This document shows positions 38,859 through 50,794 of a stretch of 64,000 bases of DNA, in pieces; position 1 is the first letter of the stretch; every line of letters begins with the position of its first letter. Below the pieces are notes generated by a model that saw nothing but the letters and a program-made list of their open reading frames with translations, ran no database searches and was not told the origin of the DNA. The DNA lies in the NCBI GenBank assembly GCA_038087875.1, contig CM075995.1, positions 4,032,001-4,096,000 of the forward strand. The letters are read 5' to 3'. This DNA is from Malacoraja senta. Its lineage: Eukaryota. Both the position numbers and the translations under genes were made by a program.

Positions 38859-41800
38859 GACCATCCAAAATGAATCACTCTGATGTACTGGCCCCAGATC
38901 TAGAACACACAACTTCTGGCATATCCATTTTTGGAAGGAATGAGATTGTTATTTTGAAAAGTAGATGAGTTCCTAAATATTTTTACAAATATATTTCATT
39001 GCATTGTTTTGTTTTGTTTAGTTCAGAGATACAGCATGCTTGGCCCATCGAAGTGGGAGGAAACGAAGATCTCGGAGAAACCCATGCAGGTCACGGGGCG
39101 AATGTGCAAACACAGACAAGCCCCGTAGTCAGCATCGAACCCGGGTCTAAGGCAGTAGCTCTACCGCTACGCCACCGTGCTGCCCCCAAAACATTGTAAT
39201 TAATTTAATGGCATGTAATAATTGTGACACATTTCTCCATGGGGGTACATCTGGCTTCCCAAGAAAAAGTATGGAAGCTAAAATTGTCACAGAGGCATTT
39301 TATGAGTTTGAGTTCCGTTCCTTTCCTTTCCTTCCTTGGGAGAGAATGCCTTTTAATTCTTAGTTCCATCTAAACTATTTAATTCCAATTTATGTAAAAA
39401 AATGCAATGTCTGAAATTAAGATGTTAATAAGTGACATTTTGCTTGTGTGGAAACTGCTGTAAATACCACTTGATTACACTGCTCTTGAATTATTCAGCG
39501 TTTTTAATAACCCTCGCAGCTTATCATTCCTATAGCCTGGTATTTCCATCCTTTTTTAATTAGCTATCACCGCCATATTGATACGTCTGACAGCTTTGTC
39601 ATGATTATAATGCTAATATTTTAGCAAATTTTATTATTTCAGTTATGGGACCTGCAGATGTCGTTTGGTGATGTGGTTACTCTGGTCCAGAAAAAATCAA
39701 CCCAGTCGAGCCGAGTTATGCATTGCTCAGACCGCCCATTCATTTCTACAGTCACTGCATTCTGTCATACAAAGCACACCCTATTAATGATTTCCCAGCC
39801 ACTGTCTGTTAACAAGCCAGGGCATTTTGCTAATGATCAAACTCACCAAGAAGGGCTTTATTGACACTGTCAGAACTACTTGCTGTCTCAGCGGTAATAC
39901 CAAACAGCTGTACAGAATGCATAATCTCTGATGTGCATCTGCGTCTGCATATTAAACAGAACACACCAAATTAAATGAAGGGATATAGGAGGCAGAGAAG
40001 CAACCTTTTCTGCTATTTACATCTTGGTTTTTTTTGCTGGATATTCACCCATGAGGAAGGGAGGGAGGGAGGGAGAGGGAGGGAGAGGGAAGTATTATGA
40101 ATGTGAGCCTGATACAACACGCTGGCATACAGTTTGCAGTGTGTCCATGTTTGCTCTTGTTAACAGATCATAAGGTTGTAATTGATAGTAGAATTAGGCC
40201 ATTCGGCTCATCAAGTCGACTCTGCCATTCAATCATGCCTGATCTATCTCTCCCTCCTAACCCCATTCTCCTGCCTTCTCACCATAACCTGACTCTTGTA
40301 CTAAATCAAGAATCTACCAATCTCTGCTTTAAAAATATCCACTCACTTGGCCTCCACAGCCTTCTGCGGCAAAGAATTCCACAGATTCACCACCGTCTGA
40401 CTAAAGAAATTGCTCCTCATCTCCTTCCTAAAAGAACGTCCTTTAATTCTGAGGCTATGACTTTTAATCCTAGACTCTCCCACTAGTGGAAACATCCTTG
40501 ATCCTAGTGGCAGGAGTTGAGAGGGATAGATAGATCTGAAACGGCGGAGTAGGTTCGATGGCACACATGACCTAATTCTGCTCCTATGACTAATGAACTT
40601 ATAAAAACACAGATACTCAAGTGGTGGGTTTAAATTAATTGTATGTGAACAGTACAAGCTGAGTAGATCACATCCTCAAAGAACTGTATAATTAGAGAAG
40701 AATCTTCCAATGCAAATTGGATATCCCTACGCACACACATATTTTACATCTTCCCATTGTGTGGCTTAACAGTTAGTATGGGTGGCTGGTAATAATCTAC
40801 TTAATTTCCACTTGTCACTTGCTTTCATTATCACCTTCACTTCTCCTCAGCATGTTTCGCCCAAGAGCATGTATCTTAACACATTTTGTTGACAACTATA
40901 AACCTGTCAGGCAAGGAGGCCAATTATTATTGACAACTTCACACTGAGGCGATGTGCAAGGCAAGGTCTTTTGCACAGAGAGCGGTGAGTGCTGCCAGGA
41001 GTGTCTTGGAGAGCAGGAGACTAAGAACTGTATAAGATCTTGAGGGAATAGATAGGGTAAATGCACAGAGTATTTTACCCAGATCAGGGGAATCAAGAAT
41101 CAGAGGACATAGGTTCAAGGTGAAGGGGGGGGGGGGGGAGTGGGAATTTAATAGGGGATTCATTTAAATGGAATTGGGGCAACTTTTTCACACGGAGCGT
41201 GGTGGGCATACAGAACAAGCTGCCAGAGCAGATAGTTGACGCAGGTACTATAACATGTAAAAGAGATTTGAAGAGGTAGATGGATAGGAAAGATTTAGTC
41301 TGAAGAAGGGTCTCGACCAAAACATCACCCATTCCTTCTCTCCAGAGATGCTGCCTGTCCCGTTGAGTTACTCCAGCTTTTTGTGTCTATCAGGGTTATA
41401 ACAAGGCTAGGTGGGACTTGTGTAGATGGGGAATCTTGGTCAGCATGGGAAAATTGGGGCTAAGGGCCTGTTTCCATGCTGTATGACTATAACTCTATGA
41501 TCTGCAGGGAATGGAGAGATATGCATTATGTGTAAGCAGAAGAGATTATTTAAACATGGCATCATGGGCATTGAGGGCCGAAGGGTCTTATATTGTGTTG
41601 TATTGTTTTACGATCTATGTTAACTCTACAAAATAATCATGCTTATCTAGATTTCATTTGTTTTTATAAGACTAATTCTGACTGCAATGATAATTTACAA
41701 TGAGTTTATTTTTCATAGAATCTATCATAAGATGATCATTTACGATCTTGAAAAACATCGAATTAAATAATGTAAATATGTGATGCATTAGCACGATGAA

Positions 41801-42129
41801 ACATCTATACAGCAGAAGAATCGAGGAATGCAGGTACATGGTTCGTTGAAAGTAGCTGTACCGCTGCTGGCAAATTAATTTCACTGCACTTTATTGCGTA
41901 TGTGAAGAATAAAACTGATTGATTGATGATTGATTGACAGGAAGATAAAGTGGTCATAAAGGCTTTTGGCACAATGGCCCAGTTGGGAGATCATGTTGCA
42001 GTTGTATAAGACGTTGGTGAGGCCACTTTTAGAGTATTGTGCTTGGTTCTGAGCACCATGTCATAGGGCGGCGCCCACCCACAGCAAGAAGCAGCCCGAC
42101 ATGGCGAGGAGTTGGAAATATACTCACAC

Positions 42130-42500
42130 GCCGCAAAGCTGCTCGCTGAAGCCGTGCACCGACAGCATGCCGCCCGCCGCTGCAGTCATAGCCGCCTGCA
42201 GCTCCTGCAGTGCTTACACACTGTTTGCCTGGATCACTTCCTGCAGCCGCTTGCAGCTGTTTACAGCTTCCCACAGCCCCTTGCGGTTCCTGCAGCCTCT
42301 TGAAGCTTCTTACAGCCTCTTGCAGCTCCCTGTGTAGATTCTTGCAGTTGCTTCTTACTTCCTGCCGCTCTTTGCAGTTCCCAACTGTCGCTGCAGCTTC
42401 CTGCAGCCTCTTGCGGCTTTCTACAATGTCCTCCAGCCGCTCCTGCAGCCTCATGTAACTTCCTGCAGCCGCTTGCAACTCCTTGCAGCCATTGCAGCGG
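42130..42500 (+). repeat. Degenerate (CTTGCAGC)-type low-complexity repeat
   Basis: TGCAGC recurs at a period of about 10-11 bp. Confidence 0.7.
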
Positions 42501-42829
42501 CACCACAGTTCCCTCCTGAACAAACCTGTCAATCACCCGACCCGGGCCAGCCCACCTGTCAATCACAATCCCCAGGTCAACACTTGCAAAACCCGCTGCA
42601 AACATTGACTTCTCCAACCTCGTTACCCTTGCATCCCCTTCTCTCTCCATCACTCCCCCACCCTGGTAGTTGCACTAGTTTCACAGTCATTGTGTCGGAA
42701 GGAACTGCAGATGCCGGTTTGCACCAAAGATAGACACAGTGCTGGAGTGGCTCGGTGGGTCGGGCAGCATCTCTGGTGAGCATGGCAAGGTGACACTTCA
42801 CGGTGCTGGTTTCGAGTCCACACGAATTC

Positions 42830-43022
42830 TTCCCTAATTCCCATTAACTGGTAAATTGCCCTCCCCTAATTTCCCATTTACCAGTGCCCTCCCCTAATTC
42901 CCCCTTTACTGGTGCCCTCCCCTAATTTCCCATTTACCAGTGCCCTCCCCTAATTCCCCATTTACCAGTGCCCTCCCCTAATTCCCCATTTACCAGTGCC
43001 CTCCCCTAATTCCCCATTTACT
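42830..43022 (+). repeat. 28-bp minisatellite (CCAGTGCCCTCCCCTAATTCCCCATTTA)n
   Basis: About 6-7 units, with two further units at about 43495-43545. Confidence 0.9.
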
Positions 43023-43164
43023 GGACGCCTGTATAGTTGCCCTGTCGCACCTTTATATGGTCGACGCTGGATTTTCAACGGTGAAAATTTTCTGCGACCT
43101 GCTGCGACTATGACGGGTGCTGGTAGTCGCTGAAAAAATTGCATGTGGGACAGGCCCTTAAGGG

Positions 43165-43415
43165 TCTCAAACTATTCTTACTTGCAACTGTAGAGACCAT
43201 ATTATTGTATGGGTGTGAGGCATGGACTCGAGCACACCCGAATGCTCAGAAAAGTTCAAAATGTCAGTTGGAGGGACCACATCACCCTCTGAAGAATCCA
43301 CCTCTGACCAAGAAGGTCAGGTCAAGAAGGATGAGGCTCACTGCTCACTGCCACCGCCACCCAGAAATGCCAGCAAACAAGGTTGTGCTGTGGGAACCCA
43401 CCCATGGAGGACATG
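43165..43415 (+). mobile_element. RTE-like LINE C-terminal fragment
   Basis: ATVETILLYGCEAWT..RRMRLTAHCHRH..VLWEPTHG. Confidence 0.6.
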
Positions 43416-43639
43416 TGTAGTGCGTCCGTCACTGTGCCCGTCGGAAACCACCACCACTGCGTCGCTAATGTTTTTAACGACGATGAATGAACAAATCCCC
43501 AAATTCCCCATTTACTGGTGCCCTCCCCTAATTCCCCCATTTACTTACTATTAGTACTTACATACTATCCAGTGTGTAGCTCAGTCCAGCGAGCTACCTA
43601 TAATCCAGTATGTATCTCAGTCCAGTGAGCTATCTAGCT

Positions 43640-45025
43640 AAGGTACACAAAAATGCTGGAGAAACTCAGCGGGTGCAGCAGCATCTATGGAGCGAAGGAA
43701 ATAGGCAACGTTTCGGGCCGAAACCCTTCTTCAGACTGATAGGGGGTGGGGAGAAGAAAGGAAAAAAGGAAAAAGGCGGAGGAGGAGCTTGAGGGCTGGG
43801 GGAGTGGAGGAGACAACCAGAGGGCTGATGAAGGGGAGGGGACAGCAAGGGCTAGCAGAATTGGGAGAATTCAATGTTCAAGCCCCCAGGATGTAGACTG
43901 CCCAAGCGGAATATGAGGTGCATTTCCTCCAATTTACGGTGTTGCTCGCTGTGGCCATGGAGGAGACCCAGGACAGAGAGGTCAGATATGGAATGGGAGG
44001 GGGAGTTGAAGTGCTGAGCCATCGGGAGGTCAAGTTGGTTATTGCGGACCGACCGGAGGTGTTCGGCGAAACGATCGCCAAGCCTCCGCTTGGTCTCACC
44101 GATGTAGATCAGCTGGCATCTAGAGCAGCGGATGCAATAGATGAGGTTGGAGGAGATGCAGGTGAACCTCTGTCGCACCTGGAACAACTGCTTGGGTCCT
44201 TGAATGGAGTCGAGGGGGGAGGTGAAAGGACAAGTGTTGCATCTCTTGCGGTTGCAAGGGAAAGTACCAGGGGAGGGGGTGGTATGGGAGGGAAGGGAAG
44301 AATTGACAAGGGAGTTACGGAGGGAGCGGTCTTTGCGGAAGGCAGACATGGGGTGAGATGGGAAGATGTGGCGAGTGGTGGGGTCACGTTGGAGGTGGCG
44401 AAACTGACGGAGGATCACTTGTATGTGACGGCTGGTGGGGTGAAAGGTGAGGACTAGGGGGACTCTGCCCTTGTTGTGAGTGGGGGGATGGGGAGAGAGA
44501 GCAGTGTTGCGGGGTATGGCAGAGACCCTGGTGCGAGCCTCATCTATGGTGGAGGAGGGGAACCCCCGTTCCCTGAAGAATGAGGACATTTCAGATGCCC
44601 TGGTGTGGAACGCCTCATCCTGGGAGCAGATGCGGCGTAGACGGAGGAATTGGGAGTGGGGTATGGAGTCCTTACAGGAAGCAGGGTGGGAAGAAGTGTA
44701 GTCCAGATAGCCATGGGAGTCGGTGGGTTTGTAGTGGATGTTGGTAAGAAGTCTATCACCTTCGATGGAGATAGTGAGGTCAAGGAATGGTAGGGAAGTG
44801 TCGGAAATGGTCCAGGTGTATTTGAGTGCCGGATGGAAGTTGGTGGTGAAGTGGATGAAGTCAGTCAGTTGTGTGTGGGTGCAGGAGGTAGCACCAAAAC
44901 AGTCATCGATGTAGCGGAGGTAGAGGTCGGGGATGGGGCCCTGGTACGCATTGAACAAGGATTGTTCTACATACCCGACAAAGAGGCAGGCGTAGCTGGG
45001 GCCCATGCATGTGCCCATAGCTGTC
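43640..45025 (-). mobile_element. Penelope-like element, 5'-truncated: RT C-terminal part, GIY-YIG endonuclease and 3' terminal repeat with a hammerhead-like motif
   Basis: ORF 43852-45084: TAMGTCMGPSYACLF, RYIDDCF, PFLDLTI, NLIYCIRC..YIGETKRRLGDRFAEH, HPGGLNIEF. Confidence 0.92.
43705..43737 (-). ncRNA. Minimal hammerhead ribozyme-like motif in the PLE terminal repeat
   Basis: CTGAAGA-A-GGGT(TTCG)GCCC-GAAAC-GTT provides the CUGANGA box, stem II hairpin, GAAA box and short palindromic stem III. Confidence 0.65.
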
Positions 45026-45067
45026 CTGCTACATACCTGTCTAGCTATCCAGGTATGTAGCAGGACA

Positions 45068-45441
45068 GTTGGCGGGACTGTCATATGAGGAAAGATTGAA
45101 AAGACGGCTTGTATTCACTGGAGTTTAGAAGGATGAGGGGTGAACTTATGGAAACATATAAATGTTTCTCACCTCATTTAAGACTGAGGTGAAAAAAAAC
45201 GTTTTCACCCAGTTGTGAATTTGTGGAATTCCCTGCCACAGAGGGCAGTGGAGGCCAAATCACTGGATGGATTTAAGAAAGAGTTAGATAGAGCTCTAGG
45301 GGCTAGTGGAATCAAGGGATACGGGGAGAAGGAAGGCACGGATTATTGATTGGGGACGATCAGCCATGATAACAATGAATGGCGGTGCTGGCTCAAAGGG
45401 ACGAATGGCCTCCTCCTGCACCTATTTTCTATGTTTCTATG
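45068..45441 (+). mobile_element. CR1 LINE 3' fragment
   Basis: Similar to 18300-18567. Confidence 0.8.
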
Positions 45442-45459
45442 TAAACGGCCACTGCAGTC

Positions 45460-45660
45460 CATGGTGGACGAAACGCGTGAGCATTCTTTGATGCCATCTC
45501 CATTGTGGTAGCAATCTTGCATGCTTTCTCGAATGTAAGATCTGGAGTGTTCATGAGTTTTGGACTGAATTAGTTCATCCACTAGAGCACAAACAAATCT
45601 GTCGCGTAGTGCGCGTCCGAGAAAGGTTCCAAAGTTACAGTGCAAAGTTACGTTTTTCAA
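45460..45660 (-). mobile_element. Degenerate Gypsy gag remnant
   Basis: HCNFGTFLGRALRDRFVCAL motif. Confidence 0.55.
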
Positions 45661-45904
45661 GGCAACAATCTACTCATTGATTGTCTCATTCTACTTCTGG
45701 TTTCTAGTTGGCATCTACAAACTCTATCCCATCAATCTTGTTATATTCCGGACGGCAGAATGAATAACAACTTACACACTGTTTGCCTGGATCACGAGAG
45801 AGAGATTTATTACCAAACATTCCCTGCTTATATTGAACACCAACTCATTAACATATACATGAATATGTATGAATACATTACAATCATGATGACATTTCCC
45901 TTTC

Positions 45905-46180
45905 AATTCCCCTCCAATTCCCACACTGACCTTTCCGTCCTAGGCCTCCCCCATTGTCAGGGTGAGGCCCAGTGCAAATTGGGGAACAGCACTTCATATT
46001 TTGCTTGGGCAGCGTACAACCCAGCGATATGAACATTGACTTCTCTAACTCCAAGTAGCTCTTGCTTACCCTCTCTCTCCATTCCCTCCTCCTTTCCAGT
46101 TCTCCGACCAGTCTTACTGTCTCTGACTTCATCTTATCTGTTTGCTTTTGTTGTTACCTTCTCCTAACTAACAATGAACA
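45905..46180 (+). mobile_element. Degenerate Penelope-like 3' fragment
   Basis: SHTDLSVLGL..EQHFIF..MNIDFS remnants matching the GIY-YIG C-terminus of 43852-44050. Confidence 0.7.
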
Positions 46181-46945
46181 TCGGGTGGCGACACCAGCAG
46201 TGGCTGCCTCGTCAACAGTCTGTCTGTCCTTTCTTCGTTTTGTTATTTTTAGTATGTGTTTCAGTGTTCCTTGATGGGTTGGGGGAAACTTTTTTTCAAT
46301 CTCTTACCTTGACGGAGATGCGATTTTTTTCCGAATCGCATCTCCGTCCCCACTGCGGCCCAACATCGTGGAGTTGGCGGCTTTTCCTGGAGACCGACCC
46401 GGCACTCCAAGCTGCGGGAGTCTGCGGGACTTTAACATCGCGGAGCATGCGATCCCTTTGCCGGGGATCGAAGCTCCAACCGTGGGGCCAGTGGACTTTG
46501 ACATCGTGATGCCCGCGGTCTTTGGTGAGAAGAGGCTGACTCGGGAGCACCACGCCTCGAAGAGAGTTTCAACCACCCCCGACGCAGGAGTTTCGATCAC
46601 CCGACGGGAGCTCTCGATCGTCGGCTGCGGGGGCTTTGAACGCCCCGACTGCGGATGGTTTGACTGCCCCGACCACGGGAAAACAAAGAGGAAGAAGATG
46701 GAACTTTATTGCCTTCCATCACGGTGAGGAATGTGAAATCCACCATGATGGATGTTTATGTTAACTTTTATGTGGCTGTGTGTCTTGGTGCTTTTCACTT
46801 AGTATGGCTGTATGGTAACTCAAATTTCATTGTACCGTAATTGGTACATGTGACAATAAACTGACCTTGAAACCTTGACCTACATTTTCCTTGAACTTCA
46901 TTCCCTTTGTCCTGTTTTCACCTCAGATCCTCTCCAAATGTCTTA

Positions 46946-47399
46946 AGGGCCTGTCCCACTTAGGTGTCCTTGGCACGCAAATTGAGCGACCTTGTGGTCG
47001 CGATGGTCCTGCGAAGGCCGGGCGCGATTACATGCGTACGCACAGCCGTCTGGAGCGCGTGACGTCATTTGAAGATGGACACCAAGCTGGAGTAACTCAG
47101 CGGGACCGGCAGCATCTCTGGAGAGAAGCAATGGGTGACGTTTCGTGTCGAGACTCTTCTTCAGTCTGAAAAGAAGGGTCTTGACCCGAAACGTCACCCA
47201 TTGCTTCTCTCCAGAGATGCTGCCGGTCCCGCTGAGTTTACTCCTGCAATTTGTGCCTATCTTCAATTTTCTTGGCCCCCCCCCCCTCCGCGCTTCTAAG
47301 TGGGACCGCCCCGTGCGGCCATACGATGCCAGTACGCCTCAACGCGACCACGAGGTCGCGTACTTTGCGTGCCAAGGACACGTAAGTGGGACAGGACCT
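46946..47399. mobile_element. PIF/Harbinger-like MITE with a nested insertion
   Basis: Long imperfect TIRs AGGGCCTGTCCCACTTA...TAAGTGGGACAGGACCT; TTA TSD at 46943-46945 and 47400-47402. Confidence 0.8.
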
Positions 47400-47889
47400 T
47401 TACTGCTCATCTTCTTCTTATCGAGTCCACACACAAGATTAGAAGTTGTTCAGCCAGAGCTGAACACACTTCTCGGCATCTGCATACAATGGTGTCTGTC
47501 TTGTCGCTTCTTGTGCGTGGTGGTGGAAAGATTGGTGGAAACAGGGCCGCGACGTGAACGCTCTTTACTTGACTGCTCATCTTAACCCATGTATTCTGGT
47601 CTTTCATGCTCTATCATGGGTAAAGTTACATACCCTGTCTATTCCCCTCATAATTTGGTATACCCCATCAGTTCCTACTTCTGCTTCATCTGCTCCAAGT
47701 ACAAAACCAGCCTCTCCAGACTCTCCTTAGTGTAGTTTAAATTTAGTTTAGAGACTGAGTCCGCACCGATCAGCGATCCCCGTACATTAACACTATCCAA
47801 CACAAACTAGGGACAATGTACACATACACCAAGCCAATTAACCTACATACCTGTACATCATTGGAGTGTGGAAGGAAACCGAAGATCTG

Positions 47890-49290
47890 CAGAATATTAA
47901 AAATTGTCTTCCCGCCGACCTAGATCCACTGCAGTTCGCCTACAGAGCCCAACCGGTCCGCAGAGGGCGCAGTCTCCACTACACTGAACCTCGCACTGTC
48001 ACACCTCGACCAGAGAAATACTTATGCCAGGATCCTCTTTTTAGACTTCAGCTCTGCTTTTAATACAATCATTCCACAGCAGCTGGTGGAGAAGCTGAGG
48101 CTGTTAGGGTCGATACTGGCACTTGTAACTGGGTCCTTAACTTCTTATCACAACGGCAGCAGACAGTCAGGGTGGGCAGTCGGACATCAAAAACCATCGC
48201 CGTCAGCACTGGCTCACCCCAAGGCTGTGTCCTAAGCCCCCTGCTGTTTAGTCTGCTTACACATGATTGTACTGCTAGACTCAATAACAACTATATCAAC
48301 AAGTTCGCTGATGACACAACAGTGGTGGGTCTCATCAGCGATAATAGTGAGTCGGCATACAGGATGGAGGTGGAGCTGCTCACAGGATGGTGCAGATCCC
48401 ACAACCGCACTCTTAATGTGGGAAAAACTAAGGAGATGGTGGTCGACTTCAGGAGGGCGGGAAAACAACACCATACACCGCTGTATATTGATGGAACTGC
48501 TGTGGAGAGGGTCAGCAGTGTGAAGTTCCTAGGACCACCTGTCGGATGACCTGACCTCTATGACCAACACCACAGCAGTGGTCAAAAGAGCCCAACAGCG
48601 ACTCCACCCTCTCCGGAGACTTCGGAAAGCAGGTCTCCCCACTGCCCATCTAAGAACCTTCTATAGGGGCACAATTGAAAGCATAATAACCTACGGCATC
48701 ATTTCCTGGTTCGGGACCTGCAAGGCTTACGAACAATATCAACTAAACAGGATAGTGAAGACCGCCAGCAGGATTATCGGTGCCCCACTCCCTTTCCTGC
48801 TGGAGATATACAAGAAGAGGAGCATCAGTAGAGCCATCTCCATCATCCAGGACCCCTACCACCCATCACACCACATCTTTTCCATTCTGCCATCTGGGAA
48901 GAGGTACAGGAGCATCAGCTGCAAAACCAGCAGGATGCTCCTCAGCTTCTTCCCACAGGCAATAAGACTGATTAACGGACTTTGTCCCCTCCCAAAACAT
49001 CGCTCATTCACACATCCAACCGTGCCCATACTTTGACAGTTAGGCACCTGTCAAGTAAAGCCACTGTGAAGCCACTGTCGATCAGAATGACTGTTTTTAT
49101 TATATTGTTAATTTTTAGGCCTACTTTCTTTTTAAGAATGGTAATTTTAATTTATTTTTAAAGCTCTATGTATTATCCTTTTGTTTTTTACACTGAATGG
49201 AAACCGATTGAGCAACGTTTTTTCGTTTCCTCTGTGTATGCGAGTACTCAGTGAAATGATATTAAAGAAATACTGAATACTGAATACTGA
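47890..49290 (+). mobile_element. Rex1/Babar-type LINE, 5'-truncated
   Basis: [43 protein letters not shown]; (GAATACT)n tail. Confidence 0.82.
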
Positions 49291-49543
49291 TCTCCCGCGA
49301 GAAAATGAACGCGGTCGCGGGGAGAACGTACAAACTGTGCAAACAGCCCCCGTAGTCAGGATCGAACCTGGGTCTCCGACGCTGCAAGCACTGTAAGGCA
49401 GCAACTCTACCGCTGCGCCACCGTGACCGCCTTCATAAATGAAATGATCCATCTCAGGCAACACTTTGGTGAATCTGCTCTGCAGCCTCTCCAGTGCAAT
49501 GATATCTTTCCTAAGGTGAGGCAACCATAAAAATTGAGAAAGG

Positions 49544-50478
49544 TGTAGGGGTTTTGGTTCCCTTCACTTCGGGCCCAACTGCCCGATAAAGAGGTTCCCC
49601 TGGGTTCTAGACCTCGGAATTATGGTGGGATATGATAAAAAATTGACTTGACCAGAGCGTGCTGATGAGAGAAAACAGAAACCAAGACGGGCTCAAAGCA
49701 AGTCTAAAATTTACAGGCTTTATTAAACAATGAGAAATCGAATCTCACCAACACTACATAATACATGACTAAACTTATGCTTTAAACTAAGACTATGGAA
49801 AGAAAATTATCGGGCACGTCGTAAAACTTACTTTACACAATTTTACAAATACACCCCCTTTCCCCTTCTTCTCTCAACCTCTATCCTATTTTCGGGAACT
49901 TCACCAGGTCGTCTGGGGTACTTACAGCTAGATTGATGCAGGGTCAGGAGTCATCCAACAGAGCAGAAAAGAGAGCGAAACCTTCCTTGACTGTCCTTTT
50001 TTATACCTGAGTTTCTCCCTTGAAACCCCCCAGGTGGTCCTCTGGACAAAAGTGCCTTTCGATGATTCCCAGTTTCGATCTGGCATGAACAATAGGCTTC
50101 CGATGATAATGGGTTTGGTGATGTCACGATGCCTCAGCCTGATCGTTATCCCATCACCTGGATGGGCTCCGATTGTCCCGATGGATGCGTCATCCACGAT
50201 GATGATTGCGTTGCTGCTGGGCTGTTTACCCCCGTCTGCTGAGGCTCGGTTCCTTCCTTTGTCTTTCCAAGATAATCTCGTTATCTCCGTCCCGGCCTTT
50301 CCTGTTCACACCATTCGCATAGTCATGTAATACCCAGGCCCACAGACAGGTTTTAAACTGGTTCTTCCTTTGTGGATTGTTTTTTTTTCCTTTTGCAGCC
50401 AGCATGTCCGTTTTAAAATGTCCAGGTCCTTATCCCCGAGTTCTTCCATAATTTGAGGATTTGCCACAATAGCTTACA
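49544..50478 (-). repeat. 3' LTR of provirus
   Basis: Same length as 59337-60271 and roughly 95% identical by eye; minus-strand TATAAAA at 49999-50005 and AATAAA at 49719-49724. Confidence 0.95.
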
Positions 50479-50794
50479 TGCCCCTACGATACGTCCAGGC
50501 TTGCACGGACCGTATCGATTGACAAACTTAGTGTGCAACTCCTCCAGTCTCAAGAGTTGTAAACTCCCCTGTCGAGATTGTGAAATTATGTACCCCAAAA
50601 GACCCCTTAATTGCTAAACTAGACCCTCGAAGCACATTAACTTACACTATCACCTTTTACTTTAAATAAATCCCACAAACCATACAGTACCATCACGACC
50701 ATTCCCTGAAAATGCAGGGATCACAACATACGTACGAAAACCATTGCAATAGAGTACAGACATTTTACAGTGCTGAGGTGTCGTTACAGCTGCG

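Larger units (their letters stand above)
35870..41526 (+). repeat. Near-identical direct duplication (35870-38658 and 38859-41526) around an assembly gap
   Basis: Copy 1 ends exactly at the gap and copy 2 starts exactly after it; differences are mostly small indels. Confidence 0.95.

Noticed and set aside
38572..38912. ORFs spanning X runs
   Set aside because: Artefacts of the N gap
42029..42653. Coiled-coil-looking ORFs (ELQEAVRS...)
   Set aside because: They are translation products of a degenerate TGCAGC repeat that is open in several frames
42830..43022. 28-bp repeats as a CRISPR array
   Set aside because: The units are contiguous with no spacers, and the context is eukaryotic
49928..50197. 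89-aa ORF in the LTR (repeated at 59721-59990) as a possible accessory gene
   Set aside because: It appears twice only because LTRs are duplicates; it spans the TATA box and has no recognisable motif
50479..50490. Polypurine tract before the proviral 3' LTR
   Set aside because: Only a short AGGGG precedes the LTR on the minus strand, too weak to call as a feature
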